From Catajapyx aquilonaris (taxonomy: Eukaryota): DNA of 20,000 bases. Location: assembly GCA_000934665.2 (NCBI GenBank), contig KZ538699.1:45403-65402 (forward strand), written 5' to 3'. How positions within the stretch are numbered: position 1 is the first letter of the stretch; each line of letters starts with the position of its first letter. A program made the translations under genes and the position numbers. The notes under the pieces are model-generated. The model was not told the origin of the DNA. It did no database searches and was given only the letters and a program-made list of their open reading frames with translations. Shown here piece by piece: positions 1 to 11,081 of this stretch.

Positions 1-150
1 GGGTGCCTTAAAAGTCGCACATTATAATCTGTGGGTTTCAGCTGGCATTGACATTAGTGATGGTGGCAGCTAAGTTAAGGCTGAATCAGCTGTGTACCAA
101 ATCGCCCAGCTCATGTAATTAAGACTAATGAGGATATTTAAAATTTTTAG

Positions 151-754
151 GATCCTAATTGGATAAAACCTCGTGGTGTACTGCAACGCAACACAGCCCT
201 TCAGTGGTTGAGGGAACACTTGGACCCAGCTCAGGATACTGGTGTGGTGTACTTTGCAGATGATGATAACACATACTCGCTGAAACTGTTTGATGAGATG
301 AGATGGATCAAGGGAGTTGGAGTGTGGCCTGTTGGGCTTGTGGGTGGACTCATGGTGGAGAGGCCAAAGCTTGACTCAAAGGGTAAAGTGTCAGGATGGC
401 TGGCGGGATGGAGGCCTGAACGCCCATTTGCAATAGACATGGCTGGATTTGCAGTCAATGTGGGACTATTGCTTAGTCGGCCAAAGGCAAAGTTCTCGTT
501 TGAGGTTGAGCGGGGTTATCAGGAATCAGAACTTCTAAAAAACTTGGTCACCTTGGACCAACTCGAAGTAAAGGCTGGAAACTGCACACAGGTAAGTGCA
601 AAAGCACTGGGTTCTTGACATTTAATGATTGACAATTATTGTATCTACTTTTAAGGTATACGTGTGGCACACAAGAACTGAAGCACCAAAGCTAAAGCAA
701 GAAGAAGCATGGAAAAAAGCTGGGCATCCATCTAATGTTGGGATCGAAGTGTGA
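151..754 (+). CDS. GlcAT-I: Galactosylgalactosylxylosylprotein 3-beta-glucuronosyltransferase (GT43, GlcAT-I/B3GAT-like), last two coding exons (151-591, 656-754); 5' part lies upstream of the window
   Basis: Acceptor tttttag|151. The exon translates DPNWIKPRGVLQRNTALQWLR...VVYFADDDNTYS...VWPVGLVGG...RPFAIDMAGFAVN...GYQES...NCTQ. A GT-AG intron spans 592-655 (gtaagt...ttaag). The last exon reads VYVWHTRTEAPKLKQEEAWKKAGHPSNVGIEV* (TGA 752-754). FADDDN, DMAGFA and VWHTRT are hallmark GT43 motifs. Assignment to the GlcAT-I paralog is from recall, not a search. Confidence 0.93.
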
Positions 755-1810
755 TGGCAGACACTAGTGACAGGTGAAGTGAAATATTTTTTACAGCAGT
801 GCATTTTGAGTGCATTATTTTCGTGCAATATTTTGTGCATAGTGCCACATGCACATGCTGACTTGAAGTTGCTTCAACAAACAGTGCTTCTTTTTTGGAA
901 ATGAGACTATTAAGACCCATTTACATTGTGCCACTGCTAACAAAACACAAGTGAGGCCTGCCAATCAGCATGGAGATTGTTCTGCCAACTGTTACTATCT
1001 GCATGTTGTGTTGGGCCAATCTCCACTCTCATTGGTACGTTCTTGTGTTTCACTAGCAGTGACCTGGTGTAAATGGGCCTTTGGGGACTGGTGACTGGCA
1101 TTGGTGATGAGTGTGGACTTGGTAGGTGGACTGGGCTGCAAATACCTACTGGAGCATCTCAGTCATCGTTAAGAGTGTAATATTGTCTCATTACAGGTAA
1201 TGGTTGTAGCCTATTCTTTCAGGTGCACCACAAATGCTAAAGAGATTTTGAAATGTCACAACTAACTTACAGTCTAGAGCAGTGTTTCTGAAACCTTGGT
1301 CCATTGCCATTTAGTGGACTGAACTTGTGAGTAAAAATCTGTTGTTATACCTGATCAAATGCGACTATGTGCAGACACTGATTCACTAACAGTCCGTTCC
1401 ATGTGGTTGTGGAAAAATATGGTTCCTGTGAAATAGGAGCCTGATTAGGGCAAAATAGTGTGGGTGATGTGTCGATGCAAAGAAACAGAGATTATTCTAT
1501 GTTAACAGTATAGCCAGTGAGAATTTAGTAGCCTTTTATAAAATGTCTTTTCGATACTTTTTCTATTTTGGTAATTGAATTGTGAAAGAGGGTCAGTTCA
1601 TAAATACACACATGTTTCAGTATTTGGTACTTGGAATTTATGCTGTTTCTAGTTTTTCTTTTGTGAAGTTTGAATACAGTCCGCAATAGAAGATTATTAG
1701 TTCCCTGATGTTTGCAGGTAATTAGATGTTGTTACGCGATTGGGAGGGCCCTCTCCTAGTGTGGACCTAGTGGTCCAGATTTCACGAAAATTTATTTGTA
1801 GGGTCCCTGG

Positions 1811-1856
<46 letters not shown>
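1811..1856. repeat. Compound (GT)n(GA)n microsatellite
   Basis: gtgtgtgtgtgt followed directly by about 17 GA units. Confidence 0.95.
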
Positions 1857-1859
<3 letters not shown>

Positions 1860-2481
1860 GGAGAGGTGGACAGAAGGGGCTATAGTCCAGGTCAGTGACA
1901 GTGGCTTAGACTTGGAAAAATGGAGAGAAATGCTACAAAAATTATTTATTTTAATAGGAGAGAGAAAATGGATATTGGGCATCTGTGCAGGGTTTGCTAC
2001 TCCCATTCCTGTAGTTTTCTTTTCAGATAGGTACCAGTAATGTAAGGCTGGGTACAAACTAGGTTATATGGCGACATTGGGCTGAAGGGTTCCCTATCCC
2101 CATCCATCACAGTAGCATTGCCATTTTCCAATTCAAGCACTGCTTGAATTTCAATTCAAATTGCATAGGTGTAGCTACAACTTCCAGGAATTATTATATT
2201 CCTCCCACTGCAACATCCAAAATGGCACTACACAGGGTGAAATGGACAAAAAATTAGGATGTGAATTGATCTATGGCTGGGTGCAAACTAGGCAGTAGGT
2301 GACGATGACAGGTGTGTATGTGCATTGCATTTCTGAAGCTTTTCAGCATGATATCACATCACCTTGTTTGTGATGGGCCTAAGGGATGATTTGAGCTACA
2401 TTGGTGCAGTTAGCATGTATCACTTGGTTCCAGCTTTCAGATTCATCATCCGGAAGAAATCAGTAATGAATAGAGCTGGTA

Positions 2482-2520
2482 GGTGCCACACGTGGGTGCC
2501 ACATGTGGGTGCCACATAGA
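2482..2520. repeat. 13-bp tandem repeat, about 3 copies (GGTGCCACAYGTG)
   Basis: ggtgccacacgtg ggtgccacatgtg ggtgccacataga. Confidence 0.85.
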
Positions 2521-3132
2521 GGGATTAATTATTTAGAGGAGGCATGAATGGATTTCTCCTAGGAAAGAAAGCAAAACAAGTTAATTGTAAAGCTCTAATT
2601 AATGCAAGAAAGTGAAGACTCATTATGCTAAATTAACATGAGTTCATAGGCAATTTCCCTTGATATCCATCCATCGATCTTCCGTTGATGCTTAGATTAC
2701 CTGAAGATGGCCTTCGTGTTACTAGAAATATATAAGGTCAAAAATGTGTGCCAGCACTTAGATGCATGACATTTATTTAATTAATTACAAATTTTAAGTA
2801 CACAGGCTTTACAGTGAAATTAATCCATTGTATAATACTCTATCAACAACCTGATAACAATATATAAATTTTTACATTCTGCACTATAACTCACTACCTT
2901 TTGGATGTCAGCAATATATGCAGATTGTTACTATTTTTCTACATGCAATAGATAATGAGTATTAAGTTGGCAGCATGGAATTATTTTGTACTACTATTTG
3001 GCAAAATAATCTGCATTAACATGAATATAAACTGTTTTCAAGACATGATTGATATGTTGGGTTAGCTTGCATCTCCCTTCATCGCTGACTACCCCTCATA
3101 GGGAAATGTCGTGATGTTGTTGTTGTTGTTGT

Positions 3133-6100
3133 TCAAGACATGAGGTTGGAGATAATCCTGGATTTGAAGGATTTCCTCCTTGTTGCTTGACTGAGAGATT
3201 CTTCATCCAGGAGTTCAGGGCCGATGTCATCAACATCAATCTCATTCTCAAACATGCGGTGAAGCAGTCGTTCCAGATTGTAATGACCTGTAAACAGTTA
3301 GATTGATGTTATGGTTCTTTCATAAGTTGCAATGTCAGTTCGTACGGCTTGTTATGTAGAATCTAATGTCTGTCTGCTTGGACATATCAGGTAACATGGT
3401 GGTTGGCACTGCCATTTCTGGATCCATTTGACGGGTGTCATGGTCAGCATCTACTTCGTCCCCTTCCATGTTGGAAACCAGTTCCTCTGAGTCATCTGTG
3501 GATTTCTTCAGAGGCTTGCTGTAAAGGTTGGTATTTAACAAAATTTTATACTGCATAATTTTGGTATAGTGTATTCGGGACAATGTGCTTACCTTCCCAG
3601 TCCTAATCCCATTTCATTCAGCTTCACCTCAACTGCATTCTCGTAACGACCTTTGGATAAGGTGTACTTCAGCAGGAAGACTTCTAAGACAAATGCAGTG
3701 AATATGCTGCAACAAATTAATTGCAATGAAACAGTGTTACACGTGTAACATATAAAATTGGTTTCAATCTCACTTTAGTATTATGACGACACAGCTTATG
3801 TGGAACGTGAAGAAGTAGATCCGTGCGAATGTACTGGTCACCTTCACAAATCCTGCTGTTATCAGTGGTCAATTGTTAAGGTGCAATATTTTTAATAGAC
3901 AAAATTTAATTGCTGTATTTAAAGATTGTACAAAAGGATATCATGCCATTGATTAACTACTGTCAGTGTGAACATAAGCATCATTGCTTGAAGTATATCA
4001 TTGAAGTTGTTGCTGCAGTAGTGAAGTCTCCAGAACTCTGTTCCATTTAGGTTAGAATTGCCACAGAATAGGTCATGTTCATCCATAATGCTGGTGTTAT
4101 AGCCACGATTGGCCACAAGTCCATTGAATAGTTCCATTCCAATGATGGCATACATGTAGTAGAATACCTGCATCAATATGATCAATTTTTATTCCATGTT
4201 GGTAATCCAAAGTACTTCTTCACTTACCAAAACGACACCACCATAGAGGATAATGGAAGGTCCTAATGCCAAGATAGTTTCAACGATGACTTGAAAGCGC
4301 TCGATGCTACCCATTATTTTCACCAAGCGGAGAACCCTGAGCACCAGAAGGACATCCAGAGAAACGCGGCTTCCATGATCTGAGCAAGCAAGGTGTAAAA
4401 TTACTTTTGAAATATTGCTATTGTACTTGGATCACTTTACCGTGGTGCTGGATTTCTTCAGCTAAGGCAATGATAAAAGCTGAGCCTATTACAAAAAAAT
4501 CGAATCTGCAAAGAGTACACATTGGATTTATTAATAATTGCTAGGGGAAGCAATGCAAATATGTATGGTCCTTATTGAATAACAGGGTCACGTTCTAGCA
4601 GTTGCATGAAAGTACGCAATGAGAAGCCAAAAAGCAAGTGGTGAATAGTCCAATCATTTGAAATAAATTATTACACGCAATGAAGGTGGCTCAAATACAA
4701 ATCTTTCAGCTGTAAATACAGCTAACCATTAAATTACAGAATAGGAAGAAGTCATGAATGACTACACGACAAGGCTTCCCCATACTTACATGTTCCAGAA
4801 GCGCTTGAAGAACTCACGGCCCCCAAATGAGTAGAATTTCAGGATAATTTCCAACATGAAGATTGTAAGGAAAAACCATTCTGCGGCATCCAAGTCCAGA
4901 GCAATGAAAATTGCATTCATTACTATGATGCTGTCAAACAGGTATCTGAAGTACCTGCAGTTTGATAAGACACGTCAGTGAAAATGCAGAATGCGAATTT
5001 AAAATATCTCAGCCATCCCACCTGTGCCTAACACACTTCCTGATGAGTTTTGAGGTGTCTGAGTTATACATGTTTGGGAAGAATTTTTCTATTAAGGTAG
5101 TTCGGTCACGCACTTCTGACAGCTCCACATTAAGCAATCCTTCCAACTGCAGAAACTCAGCCTTGCCTGTGAGAATTGTATTTCAAAATGAGGTGACACT
5201 TTGATGTTATCCCCACATACCTATGTAATCCTCTTGGGTTGAGTTCAGTACCACCCACAATACATTCTGATACATTTGATCTTGCTCAGGAAGGATCCTG
5301 TCAATCAAGGCATGAAATCTGTCTCTTAAAAGCACTCTCTTTCCTTGAACAGCTTCACTTAGAATATCAAATGCGTTAGATAACTGCCTCCTCTTTCGGT
5401 ACACACTCTTGATTACTTCATTCTGTAAAGGATTGCATTGTAAAATTGTTTCTTTGGTAAGACATAGTTTGACCCACTTTCAAGTGCTTCCGGAAGTTGT
5501 TGTACACCACAGCCAGGATAATGCTCATGAAAATATAAAGACTAATGATGAGGAATAGTACAAAGAATATAGCAAACCATCGGCTGAGATCATAGGCAGG
5601 AATCCTGAAATCAGTTTCATCATTAGTAAATGTGGCTGTAATTGTTCCAAGTAATAAGTGAAGCATTTATTACGCACATGACATCTGGGCTATTTGCAGT
5701 GGTCACAAACACATAGAGGTCAAATAAACTATCGCCAAAAGAATCAAAGTAGGAGTTCCCATTGGGATAGTGCAGATTCCTAAAGGGTGAGTTACGTAGC
5801 ATTAGTAATGTCTGAGGCACAGTACCAGTACATGAACTTCATACCTCTTGCTGAACAGCTTGAAAGCCATCAGTGAAAATATAGCAAGGGTCAAGAAGAA
5901 TAGCACCAAGACATTAATGATGTCTGGCAAGGTCCTTTGGATGTTCCTTAGTGTCCTCCGAATATGTTTCCCTTCCGGCACGCACGTTACAAATAATGGC
6001 CGCAGAGTACGAGACCACCTACATCATTTGCCACAGGTTAATCACTGAGTTGGTTTAATATTAATACATGAGTTAGCATGCTAGTAGCGGTGTCTCATAC

Positions 6101-7062
6101 TTGTCATTGTTAGGTGCTTGTTATGATGCAAGGGAATTAAACATACAACGTGACCATGCCATTGAATATCAAAGTGGAAAACGTGCAATTGGAGTCGCAA
6201 TGTGAGGGCTTACCGTATGCCTTCAATGCCATTGGCTTGCAGTACTAAGAACACTACAATATCAACAAAGGTTAACTGCAAAGAAATTGTAAATGCATTT
6301 CATTCTGGTCAGGTGCAGACACAAGCATGAACTCAGGAAGTCATGCTGCAGCCTTGCATGATGCAGTGATCAGGTTCAGTAACATAAATGGTCACTTACA
6401 CATAGCACCACCAGAAGTGCAATATTCTTCCTGTCAGCCCAGAAGAGATTGCTTTCACTGAAGTAGAGAGCATGGCAGAATCTGAATGCATAGAAGAGCA
6501 AGCAGAATGTCTCGACTATCATTGTTAACTGAAATGATAACCTCAACGTTACATGTGATTTTCAGACATCTCATGGTTTTTGTATACCCAGTATGCCAAT
6601 GCCAGTCCTTGAACAGCTGGTTTTTCAAAAAGGGCCAATGACAGGTGCAAAGCAATGCACAAACTGAGGGCCCATGCTAATGCTTCGTGATTGTAGAGTT
6701 CATAGTGTCTGAAATCAGAGCATCCAAATTATTCTGATTCAGCAGTGCTTTACTTAGCAATATCCGCACCTGACAGCCTTCTCATTTGGCTTGTAGTTAG
6801 AGTGCCTCCCCTTGCATGCATCCAACACATATGCCGCAGCCACCACAAAATCAGATTCAGTTGGCTGGGACTGTTTGCCCTGATTTACCATTTCTTGCCC
6901 AATTCCTGAAACTGTCAATTTTGATACTGGCGATAACAACATTGAGTCAAACGTGGTGACATAATTACCACTGGCAGCAGCATATGGCGCGTCGTCTGCT
7001 GCCACGATTTCATTGGGGGCGTCGTGGTCATCTGCTGGACCGCCTTCGGATGCAGCGTCCAT
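3133..7062 (-). CDS. TPC3: Two-pore calcium/sodium channel, TPC3 subtype (about 831 aa, 17 coding exons)
   Basis: Manually spliced exons (minus strand): 7062-6770, 6708-6588, 6528-6400, 6275-6214, 6018-5845, 5779-5678, 5604-5478, 5422-5221, 5166-5022, 4954-4790, 4505-4441, 4379-4228, 4167-3942, 3864-3774, 3706-3593, 3518-3346, 3287-3133. All phases are consistent and the total is 2496 nt (831 aa plus TGA). There are two 6-TM domains: LALFEKP, IS4 IRWSRTLRPLF, filter I VTTANSPDVMIPAY, IS6 LAVVYNNFRKHLKNE, IIS4 LRVLRLVK, filter II TVVNQWHV. TTANSPD and VVNQWH are the TPC3-type filters. The start Met (7062) is the least certain part. Confidence 0.92.
3865..3941 (-). other. U12-type (minor spliceosome) AT-AC intron, 77 nt, in TPC3
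   Basis: 5' end ATATCCTTTT (U12 consensus RTATCCTTT). Branch site ACCTTAAC at 3882-3875 lies 10 nt upstream of the terminal ...CCAC. Removing the intron joins CAT G|TG ATA and gives NQWH-V-ITAGF in frame. Confidence 0.92.
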
Positions 7063-7126
7063 CGTGGCCCAGGGGCCGGCGAAGGGCACTGTAGGGATTA
7101 CTGTGGGGAGATGACCTGGAGTCAAC

Positions 7127-7265
7127 CTGGTAGGGAAAACGTGGCCTGGCAGACGTACGCCCACCGGAGTTGTGTCGTGTATGACGTCCCTCGCAGATGA
7201 TACGTGCGGTATGTATGTCAACAGCACCGATCTCGGTATATGGACCAGTCGATACTGAATCTCAC
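7127..7265 (-). other. Probable 5'UTR intron of TPC3
   Basis: Donor GTG|gtgaga at 7265 and polypyrimidine acceptor gttttccctaccag| at 7127, 64 nt upstream of the ATG at 7062. No transcript evidence. Confidence 0.4.
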
Positions 7266-8755
7266 CACATCCACTGACCTCGGATGCGGTGGATGCCCAA
7301 GCGCGGAATTATTCCTCAAGGTCATTCCAGATTGGATGACCACAGAGGAATGCAGTCGCAGTAATAATTCACTAGTCATCAAGGTTTTTGGCAGTGTAAT
7401 TAATTACATTTAGGCATATTTTCTATATGTGTAGGGATGCAATTTGACGAATCTTAGTGTGAATTTTTTATCATAAAGTACGGTATTTCATGACCATTTT
7501 ATACCTGTGGTTGGAAGGATGTCTAAACTATAAGAGGATTTTTCCAGCATGAAGAGTTCACACTTTTATTGACGAAATACTTAGTTTTCTTTTTAAATCT
7601 TTTTTACATCGCGTGATACATATCTGAAAGTATACCTTTCGCTTTATTCAGGGCGCTGAGTACCGTGACTAGACTACACTTAAAAAAGAACATGATTGCT
7701 GCCACAATGATTTTTTTTTTCTTCCAACATACAGAAAATTCAAGATGGTAATATAGAGATGTCTCTGTGAAAAAGCAACTTATTTTTTTGACACCCCTTC
7801 CAATTTACGTTTGAACGTATATAATTATGATACTTGCATTATGCCCCGGTATAGATTGCACATGTTATAAATATAAATGAACACATGTTGAAACATAAAT
7901 TAGCTATAAGTTGCGCCTCATTCACATGAGACATCTCGGTCACGGTCAGAAATCCCGATGGACACAGGACAACTCGTGTTCCACACCTATAAAATGGCGC
8001 TAAAGAATCATGTCACTATATCATATAAACAAGTGTACAATCCGAGATTGCAACTGGTACGAATTTGCATGTACAGAACACCGAGAGGGGACACAAAGCA
8101 CCACTGTTGCCTTATTGGAGACAAGTCTTTGAGGCATCCAACCCACCCTCTCTGAATTTTTGAGGCGCACTGTATCCGTGATAGCTTACAAGGTGAATCA
8201 GATTTTAATATTTTTTAAAGTATTGGCTGTTACATTTTTAAAAAGAGTAACTGGCAACCAAATGGAGACATGTTAGTCTTTTTTCTGAATATCTTGTTAC
8301 TTTTCAATCACCTGACAACTGCAGATTTTACCCTAATCTTTGGGTGCGTTTAGCTTTAGGAACGGTATCTACAGGAAGTAATATGGGATAATCTTATCTT
8401 GGTTCACCATGTACAACCACATACACACACGGCGGTTTCTGGAGTTATAGGTTCGAATTTTGGTCTGGGTTTATACATCAGTGAGTGTTGGAGTCTGGAG
8501 ATTCTATTAGCTTCGGCTTATTCAAAATTGCCGTCTTCTTCCTTCACAGGTCCATGGTCGTTATTTGTCCTGTCCTGTCGCACGTGGAACCTCCAAGGTA
8601 AGGATGCTCACTTTTTTTCAATATTTTGAATTTAATGCACTAGAGTTCCTTTGGAACACCTTTGGCCCCTCCAAAAACACACACACTCACACACAATTGC
8701 CCCACTATAGACGGTCGGATTAAAGTCTTCAGTGGCGGAGATGGTGATCTCTTAG

Positions 8756-8798
8756 TTTATTTTTTGTTCTTTTTTTGAAATTTTTAAAAATGTTTATT
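8756..8798 (-). promoter_or_regulatory. Candidate polyadenylation signals for the Prop-like gene
   Basis: Two AATAAA hexamers on the minus strand (8798-8793 and 8761-8756), about 0.9 kb downstream of the stop codon. Confidence 0.4.
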
Positions 8799-9657
8799 AG
8801 AGCGGGAAGGGGGATAAGCCACGGCACATTACACCAGTAGCACATACACGCAATGAGGACACCGATCAACGTACAGCACAGCATTAATATAATATCATCA
8901 TCATTAGTAGTGTTATTATCCCGCTACTCTCTAGAAAAAACCCTGTACAATGGCAGAAATAACAAATCCTAGGTGAGCTACAGTACGCTACAGACTAACG
9001 AAGAATTTGTATCCTGGACCATCCTAGTCATAGGAACATTGGAGGCTATCAATCAGAAGACGATGACTTGGAGTGAGCCCTTGGGCATGTAGAGAGGGGG
9101 GTTTCTGGAGTCCAATTGGCGTAACATGGCTAGTGGACAGTCAGCAGGTGACATCCTTTCAAGATTTACCGGACATTGAGAATCTTCCCAGCATGTCGTC
9201 TGCACTGTAATTCATGACCATACGTGACCATGTACTGACTGTGACATGTGGCGACAATTGGACCGCATATGGCGAGAAGGGAAAAGGGGGGTGCGTCCCG
9301 TTGTAAATCACTAGAGGTGGGAGGGCATTGTCTTTCAATGCGTGCTGACCCAACCCGGATCTGGCAGAGCGGCGCCCGGTTGAACAGAGTCTGTGCCAGG
9401 TGAACCACACGAAGATGAAGAGCAGGTAGTAGACGTGGGTAAGGGCAGGGCAGAAGATGGCGGCGACTGAAGCGTGGAGGACGGGGACGATGAGGATGGC
9501 GCTGCCGCCGGCAACGTCGGGCTCGATCGTCACGTACCGGCGCCGCCTCCGCCGCTGGAGGAGGACGAGTTGTTGTTGTCCTCCTTGGCGAAGTAGTAGT
9601 CCGGGTAGGAGAAGGGATAGTTCGTTGCTTCCGGGTAGACTTGCGGGTAGGCCATGT

Positions 9658-10627
9658 TTACGTCTGGTATTGGAGCATCGGGGTAGACAAGTTTGGGTGA
9701 TGTGTAGTATTCATACGCAGGGCGGACAGGCTCTTGTTGTACCACTCGTCCTCCGGCGCCATCCCTGAAAGAGAGGCAGACTTCACGAATCACTCCCCTA
9801 GCCTTCTGGAGCTACCGACTGGCTCATAACCATTGGGACCTTCACACAACACAAAGTACCGTTTGTCCCCCCCAAAAAAATGTTTCGGACAAACGTAGGC
9901 TACCCAGACTCGGTGTAGTGTAAATGACCCCAATGATATAACAAGCAGTTGGTGAGGAGACCCGATTCCCAAGGCTTGTAACAGCAACTTTGGCAAAGTG
10001 AAGACGGATATAGGTGATATGGATCAATCACGGGGCAGGACACTTCCGGATAGTTGACAAAAACTGGGGGATGGGTAGAACTTCTCCCAGAAAGGTCCTG
10101 TCTCACGCTCAACTTTTACTATGCATATAGCCTACTGTAGTACTTTGCCAAAGGTGATGACATGCACTTCAATGTTTGAAAGACATTGAAATATTACTGT
10201 GCAATGTGTAAAAATACAGGGTGGTGCACTGCCCAATTCCTCAGTGCAAGAAACGGGCTTTTGAACTTCATCTTTATTATTTTTGTATAAGAATTTTGCC
10301 TTGCAGTAAGTTGGAGACATTTTGCACCGCACCCTGCCCATATCGGGCCATCAAGAGCAATCCGGAGCCCGCACTTACCCATGGCATCTTGACGCATTCC
10401 GGAAACTGGCGACATATTGGTGGCCGTATGCGGCATGGAAAAAGGTTGCGTCATGGCCGGGTAGGACGTGGACGTCATCTGCGGAGAAAGAAAAGAAGGT
10501 CGTTATATTTTTGATGCAGCGGTGCTACAAACTGCTGCGTTTTATGTGGCTGGCGAAACGTATGCAGGACAAAGATTGACAAAGCGAACTGATTTGCAAA
10601 GTGCCCGCTGCCGCTGGATGCTGCAGC

Positions 10628-10660
<33 letters not shown>

Positions 10661-11006
10661 CGCCTCGTCTCTTCATCACAAATTCCCCGTGATGCTGGCA
10701 GTACTTTGCGTACCTCCGCACACTTTGCGAGTTCGTTAGGCATGTATTTTGCACGACTACATTTGTGCCGTCTGTAGTGGGACACGCCTGCTGCCTAATT
10801 AATTTTGAAAGAATGAGCCGGACACAAGCTGGAGTACTGCGGAGCTGGTTACAATAGTATAATGAGAATGATTTTAACCGTTCTAAAATTTTATCGTGTA
10901 AGGTCTTGTTTATTCTTTAAACTTAATGTGAGACAGAAACGCACTGAAAATTATGACCCTGGATCAAATTAAAATTCCTCATTGGTGTATCCGGACAGGT
11001 TTTGCT

Positions 11007-11081
<75 letters not shown>

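Noticed and set aside
1782..2057. Short ORFs between GlcAT-I and TPC3
   Set aside because: They overlap a microsatellite, have no recognisable domain, and lie in probable 3'UTR or intergenic DNA.
9159..9533. 124-aa GTG-started ORF with a hydrophobic, TM-like stretch
   Set aside because: There is no ATG start or splice route into it. It is best explained as a shadow frame of the Ser/Pro-rich (TCN/CCN) frame.
9166..9657. Canonical Prop frame stays open for 163 codons after TAA
   Set aside because: TAA-A is an efficient stop context, and the peptide is Arg/Thr/Pro-rich like a shifted reading of the alternative frame. Readthrough here is less plausible.
9765..9782. Upstream AG 16 nt before the last-exon acceptor that would also enter the alternative frame
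   Set aside because: It has no polypyrimidine tract upstream and is much weaker than the +4 donor route.
10215..10229. TACAGGGTGGTG motif resembling the mariner-like TIR
   Set aside because: No matching inverted partner with a TA was found nearby; at most a solo relic.
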